40,901 nucleotides of DNA from Fibrobacterota bacterium (GTDB taxonomy: Bacteria; Fibrobacterota; Fibrobacteria; UBA11236): contig JAYUVP010000027.1 in the NCBI GenBank assembly GCA_043753995.1, positions 1 to 40,901 on the forward strand, given 5' to 3'. Under the pieces are notes generated by a model. It saw nothing but the letters and a program-made list of their open reading frames with translations, searched no databases and had not been told where the DNA came from. Positions 7,897 to 15,425 of the stretch are shown piece by piece (the first letter of the stretch is position 1; each line of letters begins with the position of its first letter). The translations under genes were made by a program, and so were the position numbers.

Positions 7897-9711
7897 TCAA
7901 GGTTCAAATTGCAAGAACACTAATTTTTCAGTGGTATGGGTCGGTAGTCGCAATTGACCCTTCATCACGCGGCCCTGCCAAATCTTAGCACCTTTCAAAC
8001 TGAAGAGGCTGCCTTGAGTCATGCCAGCGGGGGCTGACACTTGGGAGGTCATCCCCAAACGTACCATGCGCATGCCATTCACCCCATGGGTTTTAAATGA
8101 CATTGCGGCACTGATAGAGACTCCGGTGCGGGCGGGATGCACATAGGTAGCGGGACAGGTTGCCGTGTCATAGTGGGTGCCCGTGAAAGCCAGTTTGTAA
8201 ATACTGCCCGTATTCAAATCGCCTTGATAGTCGCCGGTGGCGCTGAAGCCATATTCCAAAACATAGAGCTCGCCATTGGGGCCAATGTCCATATCAATGA
8301 CTTTACCCGGACTGTATAGGTTGTCGATTTTTTTGACCGTATTGTTGGCATTTAATTCAATAGCAAAAATGCGATTGCGGCTCCAATCACCCACTATCCA
8401 CTTGCCGTGAAAATAGGCGGGCAGTCGACCCTTGGCCGTATCCTTGGCATTATATCGATAATAAGGCCCTGAAACCGCGGCCGATCCCGCGCCTCTATTG
8501 CTGTTTAAAGCCGTAAAGGGTTCGGCCGCATTTTGGCCGCTGCAGTAATAAGCTAAGGCAGGAGTTGCCGGGGGCAAATCCTGTAGGCCAGTATTGAGCT
8601 TGGAAAGGTTTTTCAAAGCATTCGCGTCGAATTTCGTGCCGACGGCATAGGCTTCACCGGTAAGGGCCGTGTACATCAAGTTGTTTGCATTCGCGAAAGG
8701 CCAGCCGAAATTGGCTGCCTTCAGCACCAGATTGTATTCATCATGGCCAATGGGTCCCTTGGCAGCATCGGTGCTGCGGGCATCTGGCCCGACTTCCCCA
8801 ATCATACCGACGCCACTGATTGGGTCGACACTGATTCGATAGGCATTGCGATGACCCATGGTATAAATCTCGGGCCGGGTCTTTTCCGTGCCGACGGGAA
8901 AGAGATTTCCCGCTGGAATGGTATAGGCTTTTCCGACCCCCATGCCGGGAGTCTCGGTATCGGCAAAGGGAATGGGCTTAATGCGCAAGGTTTTCCCGCG
9001 CAAGTCATTGGTATTGCCGGAGCTGCGAAGCGAATTCAAAAAATCGGATTCTTCATTGCGCCCGCCATACATAGTAGAGGGGCTTCCAGGGTAGGTGTCG
9101 TCGCCAGTGGTAACAAGCAAGTCGCCCGTGCCTTTGTCAAAGGTCATGCCACCGGCGGCATGGCGTGCGGATTCGCGCGGCATACTGAGCATGTCCTTGG
9201 GATTGCTGAGTTTTCCATCGATCACGCTATAGCGCCTTAGCATATGTTCATGCGCCCGAATGCCATTATCACCGGCAGCATGAGTCACATCAGAAATCTT
9301 GCGCGAGAAGAAAACGTATATCCACTTATTAGTAGCATAATTGGGATCGGCGGCAATGCCGAGCAAGCCATTTTCAACGCCTGCGCCTTGAGCACTTGAA
9401 TTGTCGCGATAAACATCGATGGTGCCCACATCGGTAACAACGGAAGTGGCGACATCCAAAAACTTGACCTTGCCCGACCACATTTCAGCAATGAAAATAT
9501 TGCCATTGGGCAAAATCGACATTTGCGAGGGCCGATTCAATTTGCCCGAGGCTCTGGCCACCAATTCCACCTTGCTGAATTGGTTGGTCGCAGGTAAGGC
9601 GCATTGGGCGTGGGCCGAATATGCACAAGCCAGGGCCAAGAAAATCAAGCCCAACTCAAATCTCTTAAGACTTGTCAATTTCGCCTCCACAGAAAACTCT
9701 TTGGGAATCAT
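7897..9711 (-). CDS. PQQ-dependent sugar dehydrogenase family (GSDH) with T9SS-type CTD, paralog 2
   Basis: Signal peptide (…AYSAHA|Q; GTG 9690 is an alternative start); ENGLLGIAADPNY, RHAAGG, TGDD, NTNDLRGKTLRI, RPEIYTMGHRN, GEVGPD, NFGWP; tail LFSLKGAKIW…FLQFEP. Stop is 11 nt from the next cytochrome start, implying an operon. Confidence 0.85.
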   Translation of the reverse strand: MIPKEFSVEAKLTSLKRFELGLIFLALACAYSAHAQCALPATNQFSKVELVARASGKLNRPSQMSILPNGNIFIAEMWSGKVKFLDVATSVVTDVGTIDVYRDNSSAQGAGVENGLLGIAADPNYATNKWIYVFFSRKISDVTHAAGDNGIRAHEHMLRRYSVIDGKLSNPKDMLSMPRESARHAAGGMTFDKGTGDLLVTTGDDTYPGSPSTMYGGRNEESDFLNSLRSSGNTNDLRGKTLRIKPIPFADTETPGMGVGKAYTIPAGNLFPVGTEKTRPEIYTMGHRNAYRISVDPISGVGMIGEVGPDARSTDAAKGPIGHDEYNLVLKAANFGWPFANANNLMYTALTGEAYAVGTKFDANALKNLSKLNTGLQDLPPATPALAYYCSGQNAAEPFTALNSNRGAGSAAVSGPYYRYNAKDTAKGRLPAYFHGKWIVGDWSRNRIFAIELNANNTVKKIDNLYSPGKVIDMDIGPNGELYVLEYGFSATGDYQGDLNTGSIYKLAFTGTHYDTATCPATYVHPARTGVSISAAMSFKTHGVNGMRMVRLGMTSQVSAPAGMTQGSLFSLKGAKIWQGRVMKGQLRLPTHTTEKLVFLQFEP

Positions 9712-10029
9712 AAACAGAGTTTAATCAGGAATGGCGAAAATTGCAGGGCAAACTGTGGTTTTCTCAGTACAGGAATCGGTCTTCAAATTCCCCCGTAATT
9801 CCTTTCCTATTGGTGGTTTATATCGGTTTGCGGCTCTCCATTTGATTTGCAATAAAGGCATGGACTTGCCATTTTGAGTAAACAAATCCTGAGAGACTCT
9901 CTAAGCACTCAAAGAAACCACTTTTCGCGAATTATGTCTTTCATTTGACGGTGCGGCTCTGGAGTTGATGGGATTAGCCCCCCATAATGGGTCTAGATCA
10001 AACCCATTGCCATATCATCGAGGTCCACG

Positions 10030-10350
10030 ATGGACTATGAAATGAACCTTGAAGCCCAGCATAAACAAAGTCAGGTGCGTAAATTGGCGCATAAGCTGGC
10101 CAATAATCGCTCCAAAAAACGAGTGGTGCGCCGCTTACCTCGCGCTTACACAATAGTGCGGAGGCGAGGGAGTCCCTTGAACCAAGTGCGTACATCGCTC
10201 AATACCCACAAGGTGGGTGGCTATGCCCTGCTGGTGGGCCTGGCTTTGGCCGCTTTTATTTTGGACTTCAATGATGAGTCATTGGCCAGCTTGCGCGAAA
10301 CGGTCAATGAATTCGCTACCCTCCCGTCCCAGCTTTTCGGCAAAACCTAA
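10030..10350 (+). CDS. Small hypothetical membrane protein
   Basis: GAGG RBS 6 nt before ATG; basic N-terminal region, one hydrophobic helix (GYALLVGLALAAFIL); fills the gap between two dehydrogenase genes. Confidence 0.55.
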   Translation: MDYEMNLEAQHKQSQVRKLAHKLANNRSKKRVVRRLPRAYTIVRRRGSPLNQVRTSLNTHKVGGYALLVGLALAAFILDFNDESLASLRETVNEFATLPSQLFGKT

Positions 10351-10394
10351 GGTCGCCGAAGCCAGGAAGGGCTTATTCCGTCGCCGATTCGGCT

Positions 10395-12050
10395 TCAGTA
10401 GCTGAATTGCACGCGATAGAGGCCGCTGCCCTGCATGCTAGGGATTTCGATGCGACGAGAGGCCGTGGCGTCCACGGCATGGCTCCACAGCAGCTTGCCT
10501 TGCAAATCATAGAGCTTTAAGCCCTTGGCTTCAGCGGGCAGGGAAAGTGCGTGATGGCCATTGGCCCCCAGGGAAAGGAGGGTGGTATGGGCTGCGAGCC
10601 TTTGGTTGGCCTTGCGGTTTTCAAGGGCTGTCGGACCCGTGCAGGCCGCACCTTTGTATTCCCAGCGGGCAATCCGGGTGCGATTATCGGTGACCCAATA
10701 GGTATTGGCTGAGGCGTATTCCAAGGTATAAAGCAAGCCATCCGGGCCAATCGACACTTGCAAAAGGCTACCGGGTAGGGTTTGCAGGCTTTTCTCCTCG
10801 GTCTTTTTTGAGCTGGTCTCGTTATCCAGGGAGATGACATGCAGCCAGCCTAATTTCCAGTCGCCCACAAACCATTTTCCGTCGAAATGCGGAGGCAGCT
10901 TTTTCGTGGAGTTGGGGTAAAAGCTATAGCGGTAAACTGGACCCGCGATGGCGGCGGCCTGCTGGTAACCCACGGTAGCGCCTATGGCCGCTGGTAATTT
11001 CTGTACGCCAGTATTCTGGGTCGAGGTATTCATGGGTGCATTGGCGTCCTTGCTCAGACGATAGCTGTATTTGGCATACCCTGCGGAACCGGCAAAATAG
11101 GGCCAGCCAAAAAATCCAGGCTTTTGGGTCAGGTTGTATTCCTCGGATAGCAGGCCTTCATCGGGCCCGACATCCCCCCAGGTCAATGATCCTTTTAACG
11201 GGTCGATGTCTATGGTGTAAGGATTACGCATGCCCATGCCATAAATTTCGGGCTTGATCTTGGTCAATTCATCGGCCGTGTACTGGGAGGCGTAAAAATC
11301 CTTGAAGTTCCCGGGGGGCACGGTATAGCTGCCTTCAGGGGTTGGCTTAATACGCAAGATCTTGCCGCGATAATCATTGGTATTGGCCGCATGCGCTTGA
11401 TCGTTGGCATCGCCACCTGCAAAGCTTTCGTCGACATAGGCCTTGGCATCAGAGGGGTCGGGGGGGTTGCGTGTATTATTGCCCACCGAAATGAGAAGGT
11501 TTCCGCTGGCGTCGAATTTCAAATCGCCGCCGGTATGGCAGCAATAGTTCTTGTGATAATCAAAAGACATCAGGACTTTCTCGGAACCGAGATCCAGGTT
11601 ATTGGAATTCACGGTGAAACGAGAAACCTTCATCACATCCGGGGAAGGCGGTTGATACGTCACATAGAGAAAGTGATTGGTTTCGAAGTTGGGATCGAGG
11701 GTCAGGCCGGTGAGGCCCATTTCATCGCTTCCGCTCTGATCTTTTTTCAGGGGCGAGCCGATGGGGAAGACGGAAATCGCGCCAATCTTGGTGATGGAGC
11801 CATCGGTTTTCACGACCTTGATGGCGCCGCCGCGTTCCGCAAAATAAACCTCGCCATTTTTGGCCACAGCGAAACGTACAGGTTCGGCCAGGGAATTGTC
11901 CTTGGTTTTATTGACTAAGGATACGAGTTCGAAATTTGCGGAGGTTACGGCCTCGCAACCGGGATAGGTAAAGGAGGTTTGCCCGGAAACCTGGGTCGCT
12001 ATGGCGACTAGGGAGAAGGAAAGGGCTTGGCTCAAACGGGAAAACTCCAT
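10395..12050 (-). CDS. PQQ-dependent sugar dehydrogenase family (GSDH) with T9SS-type CTD, paralog 3 (CCH type)
   Basis: Signal peptide; EMGLTGLTLDPNF, YCCHTGGDLKFD, NTNDYRGKILRI, PEIYGMGMRNP, WGDVGPD, FFGWPY, GPDGLLYTLEY; tail LKLYDLQGKLLW…SGLYRVQFSY. Confidence 0.85.
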   Translation of the reverse strand: MEFSRLSQALSFSLVAIATQVSGQTSFTYPGCEAVTSANFELVSLVNKTKDNSLAEPVRFAVAKNGEVYFAERGGAIKVVKTDGSITKIGAISVFPIGSPLKKDQSGSDEMGLTGLTLDPNFETNHFLYVTYQPPSPDVMKVSRFTVNSNNLDLGSEKVLMSFDYHKNYCCHTGGDLKFDASGNLLISVGNNTRNPPDPSDAKAYVDESFAGGDANDQAHAANTNDYRGKILRIKPTPEGSYTVPPGNFKDFYASQYTADELTKIKPEIYGMGMRNPYTIDIDPLKGSLTWGDVGPDEGLLSEEYNLTQKPGFFGWPYFAGSAGYAKYSYRLSKDANAPMNTSTQNTGVQKLPAAIGATVGYQQAAAIAGPVYRYSFYPNSTKKLPPHFDGKWFVGDWKLGWLHVISLDNETSSKKTEEKSLQTLPGSLLQVSIGPDGLLYTLEYASANTYWVTDNRTRIARWEYKGAACTGPTALENRKANQRLAAHTTLLSLGANGHHALSLPAEAKGLKLYDLQGKLLWSHAVDATASRRIEIPSMQGSGLYRVQFSY

Positions 12051-12156
12051 ATGTAAACCTTTCTAAAATCTCAACGATTTGCCGCCCTGCATTGGTTGAA
12101 TTCACCGTGGCGTCGGTTCGAATTCAGTCATTGCCTGCGAGGGATTGAGGTTTTGT

Positions 12157-13074
12157 TTACAGCTTCGGGCGGTATTCGACGGCGATCCAGAAGTGTACCG
12201 GCTTTTCCTGGCGAAAGGCCGTCTTCAGAGCACGGAGGCAACGATACAGCCAATACAATCCTGGCAGGGAAGAGATGCGCCGTTGGCGAAGGACAGCATA
12301 AAACCGTTTTTTTTCGAGATCGATGATGTGAAGGCGAAGCCCTGGCGTTTGCTCGGCGATGGAGCGCAGCCATCGTCTCACGCGTGTTGCGGTTACATAG
12401 GTGATACCCTGTAGCCCGGCTTCGGGGCGGCCGCGCAAGCGCAACCAGAGTCGGGCGAGGGAACGCGGCAAAAGAGGCAGCCAGGGCAGGAGATAATGTC
12501 CCTCATAGGTGCCGGAATAATCGGGGCAACGCAAGTGGATGCCGCCTCCGGAGCGCGTCACGCGTAGCCATTCGGCGAGCACGGCGCGCGGGTCGGTGAC
12601 ATGCTCCAAGGTTTGATAGGACAGGATGGCGTCGAAACTTTGATCCCGAAACGGCAGGGCTTCGCCCCAGGCGCGAAGATTGCGCTTGCGCCAATATTCG
12701 GGCAAGCTTAATCCCCGAAGCAAGTTCGCGGCAATAATATGCTTGGCGATCGAAGGTTCGACGCCGAACATGTCAAAGCCTTGCGATAGCCCGTGAAAAA
12801 CCGCCGTGCCATAACCCGAGGCGAGATCGAGCACGCGCCGGGCTTGCGGGGCTTGCTCGCGTAGCCAGGCGAAACGCCAGGCGGCATCGTGGGCGATATC
12901 GGCATGGGCCTGGGCGATCTGTTGGGCGAGCGGGGGATTGTCGACGCCGAACTCTTCGCGCCATTCGCGTCCGATTTGATCGGTGATGGACGCCAGCGCG
13001 TCGGCAAGGGCTTGCGCGCGCGCGGTCAGTTCATTTGGACTGGAGGGGTCGGCCATGGGTAACGTATATGTCAC
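12157..13074 (-). CDS. Class I SAM-dependent methyltransferase (Methyltransf_11-like)
   Basis: VLDLASGYG; GEALPFRDQSFDAILSYQTLEHV; GTGA overlap with the upstream GNAT gene. Confidence 0.8.
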   Translation of the reverse strand: MTYTLPMADPSSPNELTARAQALADALASITDQIGREWREEFGVDNPPLAQQIAQAHADIAHDAAWRFAWLREQAPQARRVLDLASGYGTAVFHGLSQGFDMFGVEPSIAKHIIAANLLRGLSLPEYWRKRNLRAWGEALPFRDQSFDAILSYQTLEHVTDPRAVLAEWLRVTRSGGGIHLRCPDYSGTYEGHYLLPWLPLLPRSLARLWLRLRGRPEAGLQGITYVTATRVRRWLRSIAEQTPGLRLHIIDLEKKRFYAVLRQRRISSLPGLYWLYRCLRALKTAFRQEKPVHFWIAVEYRPKL

Positions 13075-14183
13075 GTCGGGGAGGTCTCGCTGCCGTTACC
13101 GTCGGCCGGAAGTGTTGGCTTGGGGTTGGCACGCAAGGCTGAGCGTAGGCGGGCTAAAATACCATAAAGACCCACTTGATTGAGCGAGCCCTGAAAAGCG
13201 ATTTCGCGTGTCCCGAAGCGGCTTTTGAAAGAAGCCACGCCGCCCAGCCCGCTGCTACCGGTCAAGTCGAAATGGGCATAGCCGCCCTGCTTGGCATCCG
13301 CCATCATGTGATGAAAAAGTGCTTGGGTAACGCCGAAGCGGAAATAAGCCTTGCCTCCGGCGCCATGCCAGGGCACAGCATGAAGCTGATGGTAGAAGGT
13401 CAAATAGCCCGCGCCGATTTCCGGGCTGTCGCCCTGGGCGGGCAGGCCTGCTTGGCGCAAGGTCTCGGCGGGCACTTCGGCTAGCCAAAGAGTAATGCCC
13501 GAGTGGGTCTCGCTGAGGCGGCGCAAGGCGTCGAAAAGGCTCCAGGGGTATTGTGATGTGGTGGTATCGCCCCAGCGTTCCAGGCTTTCCTGATAAAGCT
13601 CGAAATAGCGCCGCCAGTCGGCTTCGCCTTGGGCCGCACGCACCGTAACACCGCTGCGACGGGAAACACGCACGCGTCTCTGTTGTCCCTCTTCCCAATC
13701 CCGCATGGGATTATTGGCATCGAGCTTGAGCAAATCGACGGCTTGAATGGCGAAATCCAGCGGACGGCCGATTTGCACGGCATTGGGGCTAAAGGGCGAA
13801 GAGGTGAGCAAGACATTGGCACGGCTCAGCGAAGCGGCGATGGCGGCTTTGCCCGCGGGGCTCAGCGTCCCGGCGAAAGCCGGAGCGGAATAGGTGCCGA
13901 AAGGCGAGAAATAATGCCAAGCCCCGAAGCGACGCCGGCGCAGGAGGGGGAAAACGGCCGGACCTTCCGGCAGGGAAAAGCTCCAGGGGGCGACTTCGAC
14001 GCTCGCGTCGCCATGCCCGCGAAAATGCTCGGCTGCTGTGTTTAACCAGGCGGGTGTCTGGTAAAAAGTGCAGGAAGGGTCCTCGGAGCAGAGCCTGGCC
14101 CAGAGGTCTTCGGGACAAGGAGAAAAAGGGACGGCCAATACCATGGCCGAAAGGTCGGACCTCAAGCCGGAATTTTCAAGCAC
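13071..14183 (-). CDS. GNAT/FemAB-like (Acetyltransf_6) acyl- or aminoacyl-transferase
   Basis: TFYQTPAW; RRVRVSRRSGVTV; YFELYQESLERWG; YPWSLF; FDLTGS.GL.GVASFKSRFG, typical of Fem-like GNATs in polysaccharide loci. Start may be ATG 14144. Confidence 0.8.
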   Translation of the reverse strand: MLENSGLRSDLSAMVLAVPFSPCPEDLWARLCSEDPSCTFYQTPAWLNTAAEHFRGHGDASVEVAPWSFSLPEGPAVFPLLRRRRFGAWHYFSPFGTYSAPAFAGTLSPAGKAAIAASLSRANVLLTSSPFSPNAVQIGRPLDFAIQAVDLLKLDANNPMRDWEEGQQRRVRVSRRSGVTVRAAQGEADWRRYFELYQESLERWGDTTTSQYPWSLFDALRRLSETHSGITLWLAEVPAETLRQAGLPAQGDSPEIGAGYLTFYHQLHAVPWHGAGGKAYFRFGVTQALFHHMMADAKQGGYAHFDLTGSSGLGGVASFKSRFGTREIAFQGSLNQVGLYGILARLRSALRANPKPTLPADGNGSETSPT

Positions 14184-14264
14184 TTTCCATTCGCTTTCTT
14201 TCGTCTAGCAAGCAATTTTAGAGATGCCCTTGATATTCCTCGTGACTCCAATGACCGGCTTGCC

Positions 14265-15416
14265 ATGACTGCCCGTATTCTGCATTTGCTGAATAGCTAT
14301 TTGCCGCCCACCGAAACCTTTATTTGGCAATACTTGCGGCAAGCGCGGGATTTTCATCCTCTGATTTTAGCCGACAAATACGAAAACCTCGAACGCTTTC
14401 CCCTGCTGGGTGGCGAGGCGCCGCGCTTGGAATTGCCCGTGCTGCGTCCCGCTTGGGCCCGGGCTTGGGCGTCCTTGACCGGTGGCTATGCCCCGGTGAA
14501 TTATGCCGGACTCGATCAAGCCTTGCGAGGGCGCGAGGTGGTTTTGGCCCATGCCCATCAAGGCTTTCGCGCTTGCGTCACCGAGCCCTTCCTTCGCCAG
14601 CGAAAACTTCCCTTCGTGGTCAGCTTTTATGGATCGGACATGAGTCGCCGCGACTTGCTGCGCCGAGCGCGCTCGGGCTATGCCCAAGTTTTTCGCCATG
14701 CGGGCGCCTTGCTGGCCGAAGGGCCGAAGGCGCAGAAGCGCTTGCTTGATTTGGGGGCGCCTGAGACCAAGATCCGCTTGATGCGCATAGCCATCGACCT
14801 CGGGGATTATGCCTTTCGCGAACGCTCCTGGGATGGACGTCGGCCCCTACGCTTGCTTTTCGCAGGCCGCTTGGTCGAGAAAAAAGGGCTGGCCTTCGGC
14901 CTGCAAGCGCTGGCTCGCCTGCAGAAGCGGCAGGGCATGCCGCAAATCGACTTGACCGTGGTCGGCGACGGCCCCTTGCGCGGCGCCTTGCTGGGCCAGG
15001 CCAAGGACCTGGGCTTGCAGGACCGAGTGCGTTTCGTCGGCACCTGGACCTTGCCCCAATTGCGCGAGGCCATGGGGGAACAGGATGCCTTGCTGGCTCC
15101 CTCCTGCACAGCGGCGAATGGCGATGCTGAAGGAGGAGCGCCAACGGTTTTACTCGAAGCTCAAGCTTGCGGCTTACCTGTGATTTCCACCACCCATGAC
15201 GATATCCCCTTTATCACCTTGCCCCAGCGCAGTGCTTTTTTAGTGCCGGAAAAAGACCCTGAGGCCTTGAGCCAAGCCCTGGTGACTTGGGTCGAGAAGC
15301 ATGCGGAGTGGGCCGCCATGGGACGCGCCGGAAGGGATCACGTGGCCGTGCATCATGATGCTAGGCAAGCGATTCACGCCATGGAATCAGTGTATCGCGA
15401 GGTCTTAGGAAATTAG
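14265..15416 (+). CDS. Glycosyltransferase family 4 (WcaL-like)
   Basis: YLPPTETFI; FYGSD; LFAGRLVEKKG; VGDGPLR; PSCTAANGDAEGGAPTVLLEAQACGLPVIST. Confidence 0.9.
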   Translation: MTARILHLLNSYLPPTETFIWQYLRQARDFHPLILADKYENLERFPLLGGEAPRLELPVLRPAWARAWASLTGGYAPVNYAGLDQALRGREVVLAHAHQGFRACVTEPFLRQRKLPFVVSFYGSDMSRRDLLRRARSGYAQVFRHAGALLAEGPKAQKRLLDLGAPETKIRLMRIAIDLGDYAFRERSWDGRRPLRLLFAGRLVEKKGLAFGLQALARLQKRQGMPQIDLTVVGDGPLRGALLGQAKDLGLQDRVRFVGTWTLPQLREAMGEQDALLAPSCTAANGDAEGGAPTVLLEAQACGLPVISTTHDDIPFITLPQRSAFLVPEKDPEALSQALVTWVEKHAEWAAMGRAGRDHVAVHHDARQAIHAMESVYREVLGN

Positions 15417-15425
15417 AGCCCCGGA

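Larger units (their letters stand above)
4760..7916. repeat. Tandem direct duplication of ~1.57 kb (unit 1 ~4760-6335, unit 2 ~6351-7916): terminator + cytochrome gene + last codons of the upstream gene
   Basis: Long stretches are nucleotide-identical (e.g. 6001-6120 vs 7581-7700). Both units start with GACCCT plus the same terminator and end with TTCAAATT(A/G)CAAGA. Confidence 0.9.

Noticed and set aside
9730..9872. Sigma54-like GG…TTGC motifs in the intergenic region
   Set aside because: GG-to-GC spacing is 8 or 9 nt rather than the required 10.
9924..9933. TTCGCGAA palindrome shared with 37776 as a common operator
   Set aside because: The 8-mer also occurs inside a coding region (~38269); too short to distinguish from chance.
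12100..12140. GGTTCGAATTC resembling a tRNA T-loop
   Set aside because: Flanks do not form a T-stem, and no acceptor or anticodon stems or CCA are present.
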